Assembly (NCBI GenBank): GCA_045596965.1 | Contig: JAZODI010000029.1 | Location: forward strand, 20,779 to 84,778 | From: Eubacteriales bacterium | GTDB lineage: Bacteria; Bacillota; Clostridia; Oscillospirales; QAKW01 | Direction: 5' to 3' | DNA length: 64,000 bases | Part shown: piece after piece, positions 30,101 to 38,564 of the stretch | Layout: each line of letters opens with the position of its first letter | Position numbering within the stretch: position 1 is the first letter of the stretch | The notes under the pieces: generated by a model | The model's database searches: none | What the model was told of the DNA's origin: nothing | Seen by the model: only the letters and a program-made list of their open reading frames with translations | Position numbers and translations under genes: made by a program

Positions 30101-31369
30101 ATGTTTGTTGATGTTGCAAAAATATGGATTAAAGCAGGGAAGGGCGGCGATGGTGCCGTTGCTTTTCATCGTGAAAAATACGTTAATGCAGGCGGACCCG
30201 ATGGTGGAGATGGCGGTAAAGGCGGGGATATTATCTTTAAGGCTGACCGCAACCTCAATACCTTGATGGATTTCCGATATAAGAGAAAATATGTTGCCGA
30301 AAACGGCAAAAACGGTGGGACCAACCAGTGCACCGGTGCCGGCGCGCCCCCCTTGGTTATCAAGGTACCTTTTGGAACTTTGATTAAGGATGCCGAAACA
30401 GGGTTGTTGATCAAGGATCTTTCCGATGATCAACCTTTCATTGCCGCTCGCGGCGGAAACGGTGGATGGGGAAACCAGCATTTTGCCACCCCCACCCGTC
30501 AGATTCCTCGTTTTGCCAAGCCCGGCCAGCCCGGCGAGGAGTTTCATATTCAATTGGAATTGAAGTTGATTGCCGATGTTGGCTTGATTGGCTTCCCAAA
30601 CGTTGGAAAATCCACTTTTTTATCGGTTGTATCTTCTGCAAGACCTAAGATTGCCAATTATCATTTTACAACCATGACCCCCAACCTTGGCGTTGTTGAT
30701 TACTTTGGAAACGGCTATGTTATTGCTGATATTCCCGGAATTATTGAAGGTGCTGCAGGCGGTGCAGGGCTGGGAACAGCGTTCCTGCGCCATGTGGAGC
30801 GTTGTAGAATGCTTCTTCACCTGGTTGATGTGGCGGGAACCGAAGGAAGAGATCCTATTGAGGATTTTGAGATCATCAATCGAGAACTGCAATCCTATTC
30901 GCCTACTTTGGCAGCCTTACCTCAAATCGTTGTTGCTAATAAATGCGATGCGGTTTACGATGAGGAAATGAAAGAACGCTTTATTGCCCATGTGGAAGCA
31001 AAGGGTTATCCCGTCTTCTGCATCTCTGCCGCAACCAAAAATGGGTTGGAACCCCTTCTTGGTAAGACCGGCGAATTGCTTGAAACCCTGCCTAAAACCA
31101 AGGTTTTTGAGGCTGAGTATGTCAAGCCTACCGTCGCTGTTGAAAAGGATAAATCCTTTACAGTCCGCAAGGAGAATCGCACCTTTATCGTTGAGGGCGA
31201 ATGGCTCTTTAAGATCCTCGAAACCGTTCGTTTTGATGATTATGAGTCTATGAATTTCTTCCAACGAGTTCTCCAAAGCAACGGCATCATCGAAAAGCTG
31301 GAAGAGATGGGCATTCAAGAAGGCGATCCTGTTCAGATCGGGGATCTGGAATTCGATTATATTCGTTAA
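30101..31369 (+). CDS. obg: GTPase Obg
   Basis: 422 aa. 'MFVDVAKIWIKAGKGGDG', 'GFPNVGKST', C-terminal TGS-like domain. Confidence 0.95.
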   Translation: MFVDVAKIWIKAGKGGDGAVAFHREKYVNAGGPDGGDGGKGGDIIFKADRNLNTLMDFRYKRKYVAENGKNGGTNQCTGAGAPPLVIKVPFGTLIKDAETGLLIKDLSDDQPFIAARGGNGGWGNQHFATPTRQIPRFAKPGQPGEEFHIQLELKLIADVGLIGFPNVGKSTFLSVVSSARPKIANYHFTTMTPNLGVVDYFGNGYVIADIPGIIEGAAGGAGLGTAFLRHVERCRMLLHLVDVAGTEGRDPIEDFEIINRELQSYSPTLAALPQIVVANKCDAVYDEEMKERFIAHVEAKGYPVFCISAATKNGLEPLLGKTGELLETLPKTKVFEAEYVKPTVAVEKDKSFTVRKENRTFIVEGEWLFKILETVRFDDYESMNFFQRVLQSNGIIEKLEEMGIQEGDPVQIGDLEFDYIR

Positions 31370-31383
31370 TTTACGAGGTATCT

Positions 31384-32127
31384 ATGGATCAGTTTACTGC
31401 GTTAGCTAAATATTACGACCGTTTTGTCGGCGCAGACTATAGTAAGATAGCCGATTTTATTGATGATAAAATCAAGGAGTTTTTTCCTTCCGCAAGTCTT
31501 GTCTGCGATATAGGCTGCGGAAGCGGAACTCTAACCCTTTCCTTACTTGAAAAAGGGTATGATATGATCGGTATCGACGGAAGCGTAGAAATGCTCTCTG
31601 AGGCTATTAATAAGCGCGCGGAGGTTGAAAACGGCGATAGAGCACTATTTCTTTGCCAACAGTTGCCCGAGTTTGAGCTCTATGGTACCGTAGATTGCAT
31701 TGTATCCACTTTAGATACCATCAATTATCTCGCTGAAACAGACGATTTGGAGCGCTTGTTCCATTGGTTTAATAACTATTTAAACCCCTGTGGATTGTTG
31801 ATCTTCGATGTCAATACTTTGTTTAAATACCAAAAAATTCTGGATGGCCATTGTGCGGTCTATGATGAAGATGATGTATTTATGACCTGGCATAGCCGTT
31901 TCTTAGATGGTTTGTGCCATCACAAACTTTCCGTTTTCTCTAAAAACGGCAACAACTATCAACGATCCGATGAAGAACAAATTCAACGCTACTATTCTGT
32001 TGAGAATATCAAGGAGATTCTTGATAGACATCATTTTAAATTAGTGTGTATTGTCGACGATTATTCCGATAATTTGCCTTCAGAGCAAACCCAACGTCTG
32101 ACATTCGTTGCAATAAAGGAGAATTAA
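31384..32127 (+). CDS. class I SAM-dependent methyltransferase
   Basis: 247 aa. Motif I 'VCDIGCGSGTLT'. Confidence 0.75.
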   Translation: MDQFTALAKYYDRFVGADYSKIADFIDDKIKEFFPSASLVCDIGCGSGTLTLSLLEKGYDMIGIDGSVEMLSEAINKRAEVENGDRALFLCQQLPEFELYGTVDCIVSTLDTINYLAETDDLERLFHWFNNYLNPCGLLIFDVNTLFKYQKILDGHCAVYDEDDVFMTWHSRFLDGLCHHKLSVFSKNGNNYQRSDEEQIQRYYSVENIKEILDRHHFKLVCIVDDYSDNLPSEQTQRLTFVAIKEN

Positions 32128-32128
32128 C

Positions 32129-33010
32129 ATGAAAAACCCCGGTATTTCCATCCTTTCCGATAACGGAATGGTGCGTGGATATTTTTTAAACTCAAAGGAA
32201 CTGGTTCAGCAAACTTTTGACTATCATAAAACCGCACCGGTTGTAACCGCAGCACTTGGTCGTTTGTTGACCGCCACCGCCATCATGGGCCGTACTCTTA
32301 AAAATGATTCCGACCTCATTACTCTGCAAATTGAAGGGGATGGGCCGATTAAAACCATTTTAGCAACCGGCGATCGTAAGAGTAATGTTAAGGGTTATCC
32401 GGGGGAATCCATCATCGATCTTCCTTTAAATAAGCATGGGAAATTAGATGTTAGCGGAGCGATCGGTGTTGGAACCCTTACTGTTTTGCGGGATAATGGG
32501 GAAGGGGAACCTTATGTCAGCCGCACCGAGCTGGTTAGCGGAGAGATCGCAGAGGATATTACTCATTATTACGCCACCAGCGAGCAAACGCCCACTGTAT
32601 GCGCTTTGGGTGTTTTGGTTGATCGCGATTATTCCGTAAAATCATCCGGCGGATTTATTTTGCAACTGTTGCCGGGCGCAGATGAAGAAACGATTGAAAT
32701 CTTGGAAGAGAATCTTCAAAAGGTAACCAATGTTTCTTCCATGTTTGAGCATACTTCCAATGAAGAAATTGCAAACATATTAATGGATCGCATTCCATAT
32801 CATGTTAATGAGCGGTGGAGCGCAACCTATTTCTGCAATTGCTCTAAGGAAAAAACAGAAAAGGTTTTGCTCAGCCTTGGCAAGAAAGATTTGGCAGAAT
32901 TGATCGAGGAAGGAAATCCTGTTGAACTCTGCTGTCATTTCTGCGATAAGACCTATACTTTTTCGCCCGAGGAACTGAAAACACTCCTGATCAGCGGGCT
33001 TAAAAAATAA
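32129..33010 (+). CDS. hslO: redox-regulated chaperone Hsp33
   Basis: 293 aa. C-terminal Zn centre 'CNCS...CCHFCDKTY'. Confidence 0.9.
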   Translation: MKNPGISILSDNGMVRGYFLNSKELVQQTFDYHKTAPVVTAALGRLLTATAIMGRTLKNDSDLITLQIEGDGPIKTILATGDRKSNVKGYPGESIIDLPLNKHGKLDVSGAIGVGTLTVLRDNGEGEPYVSRTELVSGEIAEDITHYYATSEQTPTVCALGVLVDRDYSVKSSGGFILQLLPGADEETIEILEENLQKVTNVSSMFEHTSNEEIANILMDRIPYHVNERWSATYFCNCSKEKTEKVLLSLGKKDLAELIEEGNPVELCCHFCDKTYTFSPEELKTLLISGLKK

Positions 33011-33033
33011 ATTATATTTTTACAGAAAAACAC

Positions 33034-33062
33034 TTGACTTTTAATAGCATATGTTGTAAAAT
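33034..33062 (+). promoter_or_regulatory. sigma-A promoter for the tRNA cluster
   Basis: TTGACT, 17-nt spacer, TAAAAT. Confidence 0.55.
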
Positions 33063-33094
33063 ATCTATCGTTGCAACAATAGATTGTTGCATTT

Positions 33095-33171
33095 GGCCTG
33101 GTAGTTCAGCTGGTTAGAACGCTAGCCTGTCACGCTAGAGGTCGTGGGTTCGAGCCCCATCCAGGTCGCCA
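33095..33171 (+). tRNA. tRNA-Asp (GTC)
   Basis: Hand-folded cloverleaf. Acceptor GGCCTGG/CCAGGTC, anticodon loop CTGTCAC, T-loop TTCGAGC, encoded CCA. Confidence 0.9.
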
Positions 33172-33175
33172 TTTT

Positions 33176-33251
33176 GCCTCTGTAGCTCAGTTGGTAGAGC
33201 AGGGGACTGAAAATCCCCGTGTCGGTGGTTCGATTCCGCCCGGAGGCACCA
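33176..33251 (+). tRNA. tRNA-Phe (GAA)
   Basis: Acceptor GCCTCTG/CGGAGGC, anticodon loop CTGAAAA, T-loop TTCGATT, encoded CCA. Confidence 0.9.
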
Positions 33252-33298
33252 ATTTAATAAGAAAAGGTATATGTTACATATGCCTTTTCTTAATCTCT

Positions 33299-33373
33299 GG
33301 TGCCATAGCCAAGTGGTAAGGCCAAGGTCTGCAAAACCTTTATTCCCCGGTTCAAATCCGGGTGGCACCTCCA
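33299..33373 (+). tRNA. tRNA-Cys (GCA)
   Basis: Acceptor GGTGCCA/TGGCACC, anticodon loop CTGCAAA, T-loop TTCAAAT, encoded CCA. Confidence 0.9.
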
Positions 33374-33374
33374 C

Positions 33375-33434
33375 AATGAATGACATCCCAAATCTGAACT
33401 GTTGCGGTTCGATTGAGATGTCATTCATTTTTTT
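33375..33434 (+). terminator. terminator after tRNA-Cys (13-bp stem, unusually long 29-nt loop)
   Basis: Stem 'aatgaatgacatc'/'gatgtcattcatt' plus 'tttttt'. Confidence 0.7.
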
Positions 33435-33445
33435 AAATCTAGTAG

Positions 33446-33478
33446 GGAACGGCTTTCTTGGCCGTTCCTTATTTTTTA
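33446..33478 (+). terminator. second tandem terminator
   Basis: Stem 'ggaacggc'/'gccgttcc' with a 7-nt loop and a T-rich tail. Confidence 0.6.
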
Positions 33479-33514
33479 TTTAATCGAACTTAAATGAAAG
33501 AAGTGCTTAAAAAC

Positions 33515-34792
33515 TGTGCTATATCCGAAAAATTAAAATGATTTGAACCACGAAAGTTCGATTAAATTGTTTGGCTTATATCATCAGCATGACGCTTGAA
33601 ATAAGCTTCTTCTGTAGCATTTGGAGTGCGATATCGATTGATTTGATGCGGTCTTTTGTCATTATAAAAATCAATGTACTTTTGTACCCGCTCCCTAAAC
33701 TCTCTTTCAGAACGATAGTTGTTCCGATATAATTCCTCTGCTTTTAAGGATTTGAAAAATGCTTCCATAACTGAATTGTCGTACGGTGTTGCAGTTCTTG
33801 ATAGTGATTGCGTGATTCCCAGTGTTTTGCAAAACGTTGAGAAAGAACGTGAAGTATAGTTGGCACCGCGGTCACTATGGAATAATAAACCTTCCTTTGG
33901 ATTTCGATCATAGTATGCTTTTGCCAGCGTTTCTTTTGTAATTCGTGAACTGTTGCCGGTGGAAATGGTATAAGCAATTACTTTTCTTGCGAATAGGTCA
34001 ATAACTACGCAGATAAAATATTGGATTTTTTTGCATGTGAAGTAAGTAACATCACTAATCCATACTTCGTTTGGTGCCGAAGCAGTAAACTGTTGGCTGA
34101 GAATATTTTCTTTTCTTTCCTTATTCATTTCATAGATTGCCTTCGCGCCACCACGCACACTAAACCATCCGTTTTCGTGCATGATGGCTGCTACTGTTTT
34201 ATCGGCAACAACGTATCCGCGGCTTCTCAAAATGGCATTAATTTTACTGGCACCAAAGATCTGATTGCTTTCGTTAAAAATCTCTTCAATGATTGGTGTA
34301 ATCTCTTTCTTTTTACGCATATACGATGTATTCTCATTAGCATTTCTAAGTATGTGATTATAATAACTGCCTTTTGCGACTTTTAAAGCCTGACAAAGCA
34401 GATTGATGGAGTAAGTGCCGGATAGGTCTTTAATAACCTGATATCGATCGTGCAAAGGTGCGCTAACCGGGCAAGGCGATAACTGCAACACCTCTACCAT
34501 CTTTTCTAATGTTTCGCAACGCTGCCGTAGTATCCGAAAGTCCGACATGTTGATAGTTTTGCTTTTCTTTTTGTTATTGGATTTTGTCCACTCATAAATA
34601 GTACTTTTAGCGATGCCGGTGTCTTCACAAATACTTGCTACTTTTTCCCCAGAGCGATAGCGCTGCAGGATTTCGTTTCTCTGTTCCTCAGTATAAATTT
34701 TCTTCATAATATAAACCTCCTGAACTTTGTACGGGTAAAAAGTAAACTTACTCATCATTATTGTACAAAGTTTTGGATGGCAAGTGAACACA
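33515..34792 (-). mobile_element. IS3-family insertion sequence (boundaries tentative)
   Basis: Contains the fused HTH+DDE transposase. Both proposed ends start with TGTG and share an 'ATCC.AAAA' string, but the inverted repeats are weak and no clean target duplication was found. Confidence 0.45.
33562..34707 (-). CDS. IS3-family transposase (HTH + rve/DDE integrase core, single fused ORF)
   Basis: N-terminal HTH 'ICEDTGIAKSTIYEW'. DDE core 'WISDVTYF', 'HSDRGANYTS', 'PYDNSVMEAFFKSLKAE'. ATG at 34707 preceded by AGGAGG; the ORF track extends to 34821. Confidence 0.9.
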   Translation of the reverse strand: MKKIYTEEQRNEILQRYRSGEKVASICEDTGIAKSTIYEWTKSNNKKKSKTINMSDFRILRQRCETLEKMVEVLQLSPCPVSAPLHDRYQVIKDLSGTYSINLLCQALKVAKGSYYNHILRNANENTSYMRKKKEITPIIEEIFNESNQIFGASKINAILRSRGYVVADKTVAAIMHENGWFSVRGGAKAIYEMNKERKENILSQQFTASAPNEVWISDVTYFTCKKIQYFICVVIDLFARKVIAYTISTGNSSRITKETLAKAYYDRNPKEGLLFHSDRGANYTSRSFSTFCKTLGITQSLSRTATPYDNSVMEAFFKSLKAEELYRNNYRSEREFRERVQKYIDFYNDKRPHQINRYRTPNATEEAYFKRHADDISQTI

Positions 34793-34950
34793 CTAGGACC
34801 GTTACAGTAACGGTGGGACAATGAGTTTTGATAATTTTTTTGATTGTAACTGATTTTTTAAAATACATGCATCGTGACTCCTTTGTTAATCTTTTGTTGT
34901 CGAAATGTGTTGAATTGTATGAAAAATATGGTAAAATATAAGAGAAAGGA

Positions 34951-37539
34951 GTGTTGATAGTGGAATTAATTTCAACAATGGGCACGGGTTTAATATGCAG
35001 TGCTCTATATGATACAGTAAAATTTGTTATTGATAAGTTTATTGATAAATATGAGGATAAGAAAGGTAAGAAAGAGTTAATTGAAAATATAACTAAAGAA
35101 CTTTATTCTAATGTTCCAGAAGAATGTAAAAAAGTTTTGGATTCAGGAACCTTTGTGGAGTATCTTAATTCATATCGCTTTTTAGATTTGTTCAACACAT
35201 ATTTAGAACAAAAAGTAATGACAAATTATGCTAGTAAAAATGCGAAGTTAAGGAAGATTATTAACTCGCGCGGAATTATTACTATAGATACAGTCTTAAA
35301 TCATATAACAGATAAATTAGTGGATTTATATGATCAAAACAAGGTGTTAACACCTCCGTCAAGAAATGATATATACAAAACTTTGGATCATATTATTCAA
35401 GTGAGCGAAAGAGTTATAATGTCTACTCTTTCGCCTGATAATTCCAGAATGCTATATTCGATTAATGCTAGGATGGATGAAATTGGTGCTAGAATTATTG
35501 ATCAAATTATCATTCTCCAAGAAAGCTTTCAAATTATAGAAAAGAAATTATTTTCTGCAAAATTTTCTGTTGAAGATTTTGAAAAAACGAGAAAACAATA
35601 TTATGAAATCTTAAAAGAGAAAAATGCAGAAGCTCATATTTATCTTCTTGATAAATTTCCTTTTAATTCTTTTTATGTCCCGCCTGTTTTGGGTAAATCA
35701 AGAAAGAATTTTATGGGAATGCCACTTCATGTAGCACGAAGAAGAGGTTTGTGTGTGACGTGGGATAATATATTTTCAACTAGTAATATCGTCTATGTTG
35801 TTGGCGGTGCAGGTTATGGAAAATCTTTATTCGAAAAGAAAATTATTAATGATTATAAAAACTTGAATATTTTTCGAGCTGATGAGTATATTGTTTTATA
35901 TGGAGAGTTAAAATCGTTTTATCCAAATAATGTAGATTCACCAATCTCAGTTATTGACTTTTTAAAAAACAGTGTACGTTCTAACACACTTATAGATGTG
36001 TCGGATGAATTTATTCAACATTATCTTGATGCCGGCAGATGTATTATATTATTGGACGCATTAGACGAGGTGGATAAAAATAAACGAGATTCATTGCATG
36101 AAACGGTTGCTTCTTTCTTTAAAAAGCAGAATCCAAATAATAAAATATGTATTACATCGCGCGAAAGAGGGTTTCTGCCTGAAAAAAATATTGAGGTGTT
36201 TAATATTTATCCCCTTGATAGAGAACAAATCGAAGAATATGTTGATAAAATAATTGCATTAGGGCGATTTGAATCTACAGATAAAGCAGCATTTATTGAA
36301 CAAACAGAGGAATTGATCGAAAAAGGCTTTTTGAATAGTTTTTTAGTATTATCTTTATTGGTAAACATATATAAAGCAGAACGTGAACTTCCCGAAAATA
36401 AGCTGGAATTATATCAAAAATGTTTTGATTATATTGCTAATAAACGTGAAAAAGAAAAAACGGGTGAAGAGTTTGACTGGTCGCAAATAATTCCTTTAAT
36501 GAAAGATAGTACCTTTATTGAGTTGTCTCAGATGTGTCTTCCTAATAATACAAGTGTTGATAAAGCACATATCAAGGAAAAACTGCTCGAGGTATATAAA
36601 AATAAATTTTCTTCAGAAGCAGAACTGGAAAATGCCCTTGAAGAATTTCTTAAATTTTGTTCAGAGAGAACAGAATTGTTTGTGCCATCAGAAGAGGAAA
36701 GATTTAAGTTTTTTCATCGTTCCTTTTTTGAATACTTTTATGCGAAATATATTACAAAGAGATTTCATAGTGCAGTTGAAAGATTGAATGAATTAACAAA
36801 ATTTGATATAGATTCAGAAATATTTGAACTGACTGTTGCAATGTTAAAGCAAGATTATGAGCAGGACTATCAAGCATTAATTGATCTAATGTTTGATAAG
36901 GTTGAGGAAGAGTTTAAAAACTCCTTATCCGATTTCCAAATATTCAACATTTTGATATTGTCGATGCAAGTAATTGACGATGCATTGTATCGGGATAAAT
37001 TTGTTCAGTTAATCGAAGTTAATAAGAGAATTATTTTATCCAATTATGAAAAGGTACAGAATCTTCATTTGTTTGGTGAAATATTTAAGAATTCTAAAGA
37101 ACACAGTCTTCGAATTGCAAAAGCGTACGAGGATGAATCGGTGCTATGTTTATTAAAAAATTGTGTTGAGTTTTTCTATTTAATAGATAATTCTGAAGAT
37201 ATTAATATTGACGAGTTTTTGGAACGTGATTTATCGAACTTGGATATGCTTTCCTTAAGGCGAAGAAAAATGTTTGATAGAAAAGATCTTTGGTATGCGT
37301 TTTATATGAGAGAATTCGTAAAGGTTATAGATTGTCATGAGTTGCTTACAAATATTGATATTGAAAGAATTCTCGAGGTTCATAAAAAGTTTAGACCTAA
37401 CAATTATAGAAAACCTTCACAAAAAGCAGAGGAAGCTGTAAATAGATATCGTGATTTATTAGGAAAAAAACAATCTAATGCTTTAAAAATTATCACCACT
37501 TATTTTGGAATTATAGGTCACGTTATTTACATTGCGTAA
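34951..37539 (+). CDS. STAND-class P-loop NTPase with NACHT module (candidate antiphage sensor); N- and C-terminal domains unassigned
   Basis: 862 aa. Walker A 'GGAGYGKS' (nt 35803-35826), Walker B 'CIILLDALDEVD' (from nt 36040), 'ICITSRE', 'NSFLVLSLLVNIY', 'FFHRSFFEYFYAKY'. The start is ambiguous: GTG 34951, GTG 34960 (best RBS spacing) or ATG 34978. Confidence 0.85.
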   Translation: MLIVELISTMGTGLICSALYDTVKFVIDKFIDKYEDKKGKKELIENITKELYSNVPEECKKVLDSGTFVEYLNSYRFLDLFNTYLEQKVMTNYASKNAKLRKIINSRGIITIDTVLNHITDKLVDLYDQNKVLTPPSRNDIYKTLDHIIQVSERVIMSTLSPDNSRMLYSINARMDEIGARIIDQIIILQESFQIIEKKLFSAKFSVEDFEKTRKQYYEILKEKNAEAHIYLLDKFPFNSFYVPPVLGKSRKNFMGMPLHVARRRGLCVTWDNIFSTSNIVYVVGGAGYGKSLFEKKIINDYKNLNIFRADEYIVLYGELKSFYPNNVDSPISVIDFLKNSVRSNTLIDVSDEFIQHYLDAGRCIILLDALDEVDKNKRDSLHETVASFFKKQNPNNKICITSRERGFLPEKNIEVFNIYPLDREQIEEYVDKIIALGRFESTDKAAFIEQTEELIEKGFLNSFLVLSLLVNIYKAERELPENKLELYQKCFDYIANKREKEKTGEEFDWSQIIPLMKDSTFIELSQMCLPNNTSVDKAHIKEKLLEVYKNKFSSEAELENALEEFLKFCSERTELFVPSEEERFKFFHRSFFEYFYAKYITKRFHSAVERLNELTKFDIDSEIFELTVAMLKQDYEQDYQALIDLMFDKVEEEFKNSLSDFQIFNILILSMQVIDDALYRDKFVQLIEVNKRIILSNYEKVQNLHLFGEIFKNSKEHSLRIAKAYEDESVLCLLKNCVEFFYLIDNSEDINIDEFLERDLSNLDMLSLRRRKMFDRKDLWYAFYMREFVKVIDCHELLTNIDIERILEVHKKFRPNNYRKPSQKAEEAVNRYRDLLGKKQSNALKIITTYFGIIGHVIYIA

Positions 37540-37540
37540 T

Positions 37541-37574
37541 AATAGTCCTCTGCGCGAAAACGCAGAGGACTATT
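37541..37574 (+). terminator. terminator after the NACHT gene
   Basis: 14-bp perfect stem 'aatagtcctctgcg'/'cgcagaggactatt'. Confidence 0.7.
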
Positions 37575-37745
37575 ATATAAAACTGATTTTTGCAAAAACT
37601 TGAAAAAATGTGTTTTTAAGTTTTTGAACGAGTTTTGGGGACAAAATTAATGTTTTCTTGAAACCGCAAATAAAACAATTCTTATACTTATAAACGAAGA
37701 GTCGCGAGAGCGGCTCTTTAGTTTTTATATGAGTGAGGTTTTATT

Positions 37746-37970
37746 ATGGAAAAGAAACTATGTTACGAAGATGGAAGAGAATTGTTCGTTAATAAGCTCT
37801 GCAAGTTAATGAACGAGAGAAATTTATCTTGCCAGTATCTGAGTAGTAAGATAAAAAAGAATGATGGATATATCAACCGTATTATCAATGGTAAAAAAGA
37901 TCCTTCTTTTGAGGTGCTGTTTGATATCGCATCTGCTCTGAAGGTCACAGTAGCTGAATTGTTCGAATAA
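37746..37970 (+). CDS. XRE-family helix-turn-helix transcriptional regulator
   Basis: 74 aa. 'LSCQYLSSKIKKNDGYINRIINGKKDPSFEVLFDIASALKVTVAELF' is the Cro/C1 HTH_3 pattern. RBS 'gagtgagg'. Confidence 0.8.
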   Translation: MEKKLCYEDGRELFVNKLCKLMNERNLSCQYLSSKIKKNDGYINRIINGKKDPSFEVLFDIASALKVTVAELFE

Positions 37971-38011
37971 AAATTTGCATGACCTGTGGGGTCATGTTTC
38001 TGCTAAACCCA

Positions 38012-38040
38012 TTGACCTAGTATTTCGGCAATGGTATAAT
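38012..38040 (+). promoter_or_regulatory. near-consensus extended -10 sigma-A promoter with no ORF behind it
   Basis: TTGACC, 17-nt spacer ending in TGG, TATAAT. Confidence 0.6.
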
Positions 38041-38046
38041 GAGTAC

Positions 38047-38230
38047 AACAAAACATCAGAACGGCTTGAAGCACAAGACAAGTCGAAGGGTGAAAAAAGA
38101 GTAGCTTTCTTAAGTAAACTGTTTTGGTTCTTCTATAGGGGCCACGAAAGTGGAGAAGAGTGCGAAGCGGTAGCAAATAGGGAAGTCTTGTTTCCGTGCG
38201 CAGGAAACAGTCTGTTTGATTCCAGTTTTT
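38047..38230 (+). ncRNA. putative ~185-nt structured transcript of unknown class
   Basis: Starts behind the 38012 promoter. Has a GNRA hairpin 'ccac gaaa gtgg' (38142-38153) and a 3' hairpin 'tgtttcc/ggaaaca' (38189-38209) followed by a T-rich tail. No credible RBS or ORF. Confidence 0.3.
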
Positions 38231-38403
38231 GATGTTGTAATAGTGCTTTTCTTATGTGACCCAGTTTTAGGGTGAACCATGCGTTAATAGGGGAGAGAAG
38301 TATTTTATCAACTAAATATATTATTTGATAACGGTTGTAGTTTTGCAGGCGTTTGCTTTGCATTGCCGTTATAAATTTCAAGGGAACTTTCTGCATTTTT
38401 GTA

Positions 38404-38432
38404 TTGCAGAAAGTGCTTTTTTATGTTATAAT
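38404..38432 (+). promoter_or_regulatory. sigma-A promoter (copy 1 of the 'tttatgttataat' promoter module)
   Basis: TTGCAG, 17-nt spacer, TATAAT. Confidence 0.55.
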
Positions 38433-38438
38433 GCATTC

Positions 38439-38544
38439 GTAAAGAAAATCCGGGTTAAACCCGGTAAAATTAAGGGTTTCTCACCAGTTCTTTTTTGGAC
38501 ACGAGAGACAAAAAACTCTCGTTCCGAAGAACGAGAGTTTTTTT
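38439..38544 (+). ncRNA. putative leader/attenuator RNA with mutually exclusive antiterminator and terminator hairpins
   Basis: 'acgagag' (38501-38507) or 'acgagag' (38531-38537) can each pair with 'ctctcgt' (38516-38522). The downstream pairing is followed by 'ttttttt'. There is also a 5' hairpin 'ccggg..cccgg' (38451-38465). Confidence 0.4.
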
Positions 38545-38564
38545 ATCCAAGCCGACAGGCTTGG

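Noticed and set aside
33515-34792. Precise IS3 inverted repeats and target-site duplication
   Set aside because: Only weak terminal similarity was found (TGTG..ATCC.AAAA) and no matching 3-bp direct repeats. The boundaries are therefore given as tentative. An alternative 'TGAAC...' end at 33543 could not be paired with a partner.
38445-38460. 10-nt match 'aaatccgggt' to the T-arm of tRNA-Cys as an attR marking the island end
   Set aside because: The match is too short: roughly a one-in-ten chance occurrence in 64 kb on two strands. It does not extend into the acceptor stem or CCA. Here it forms part of a local hairpin.
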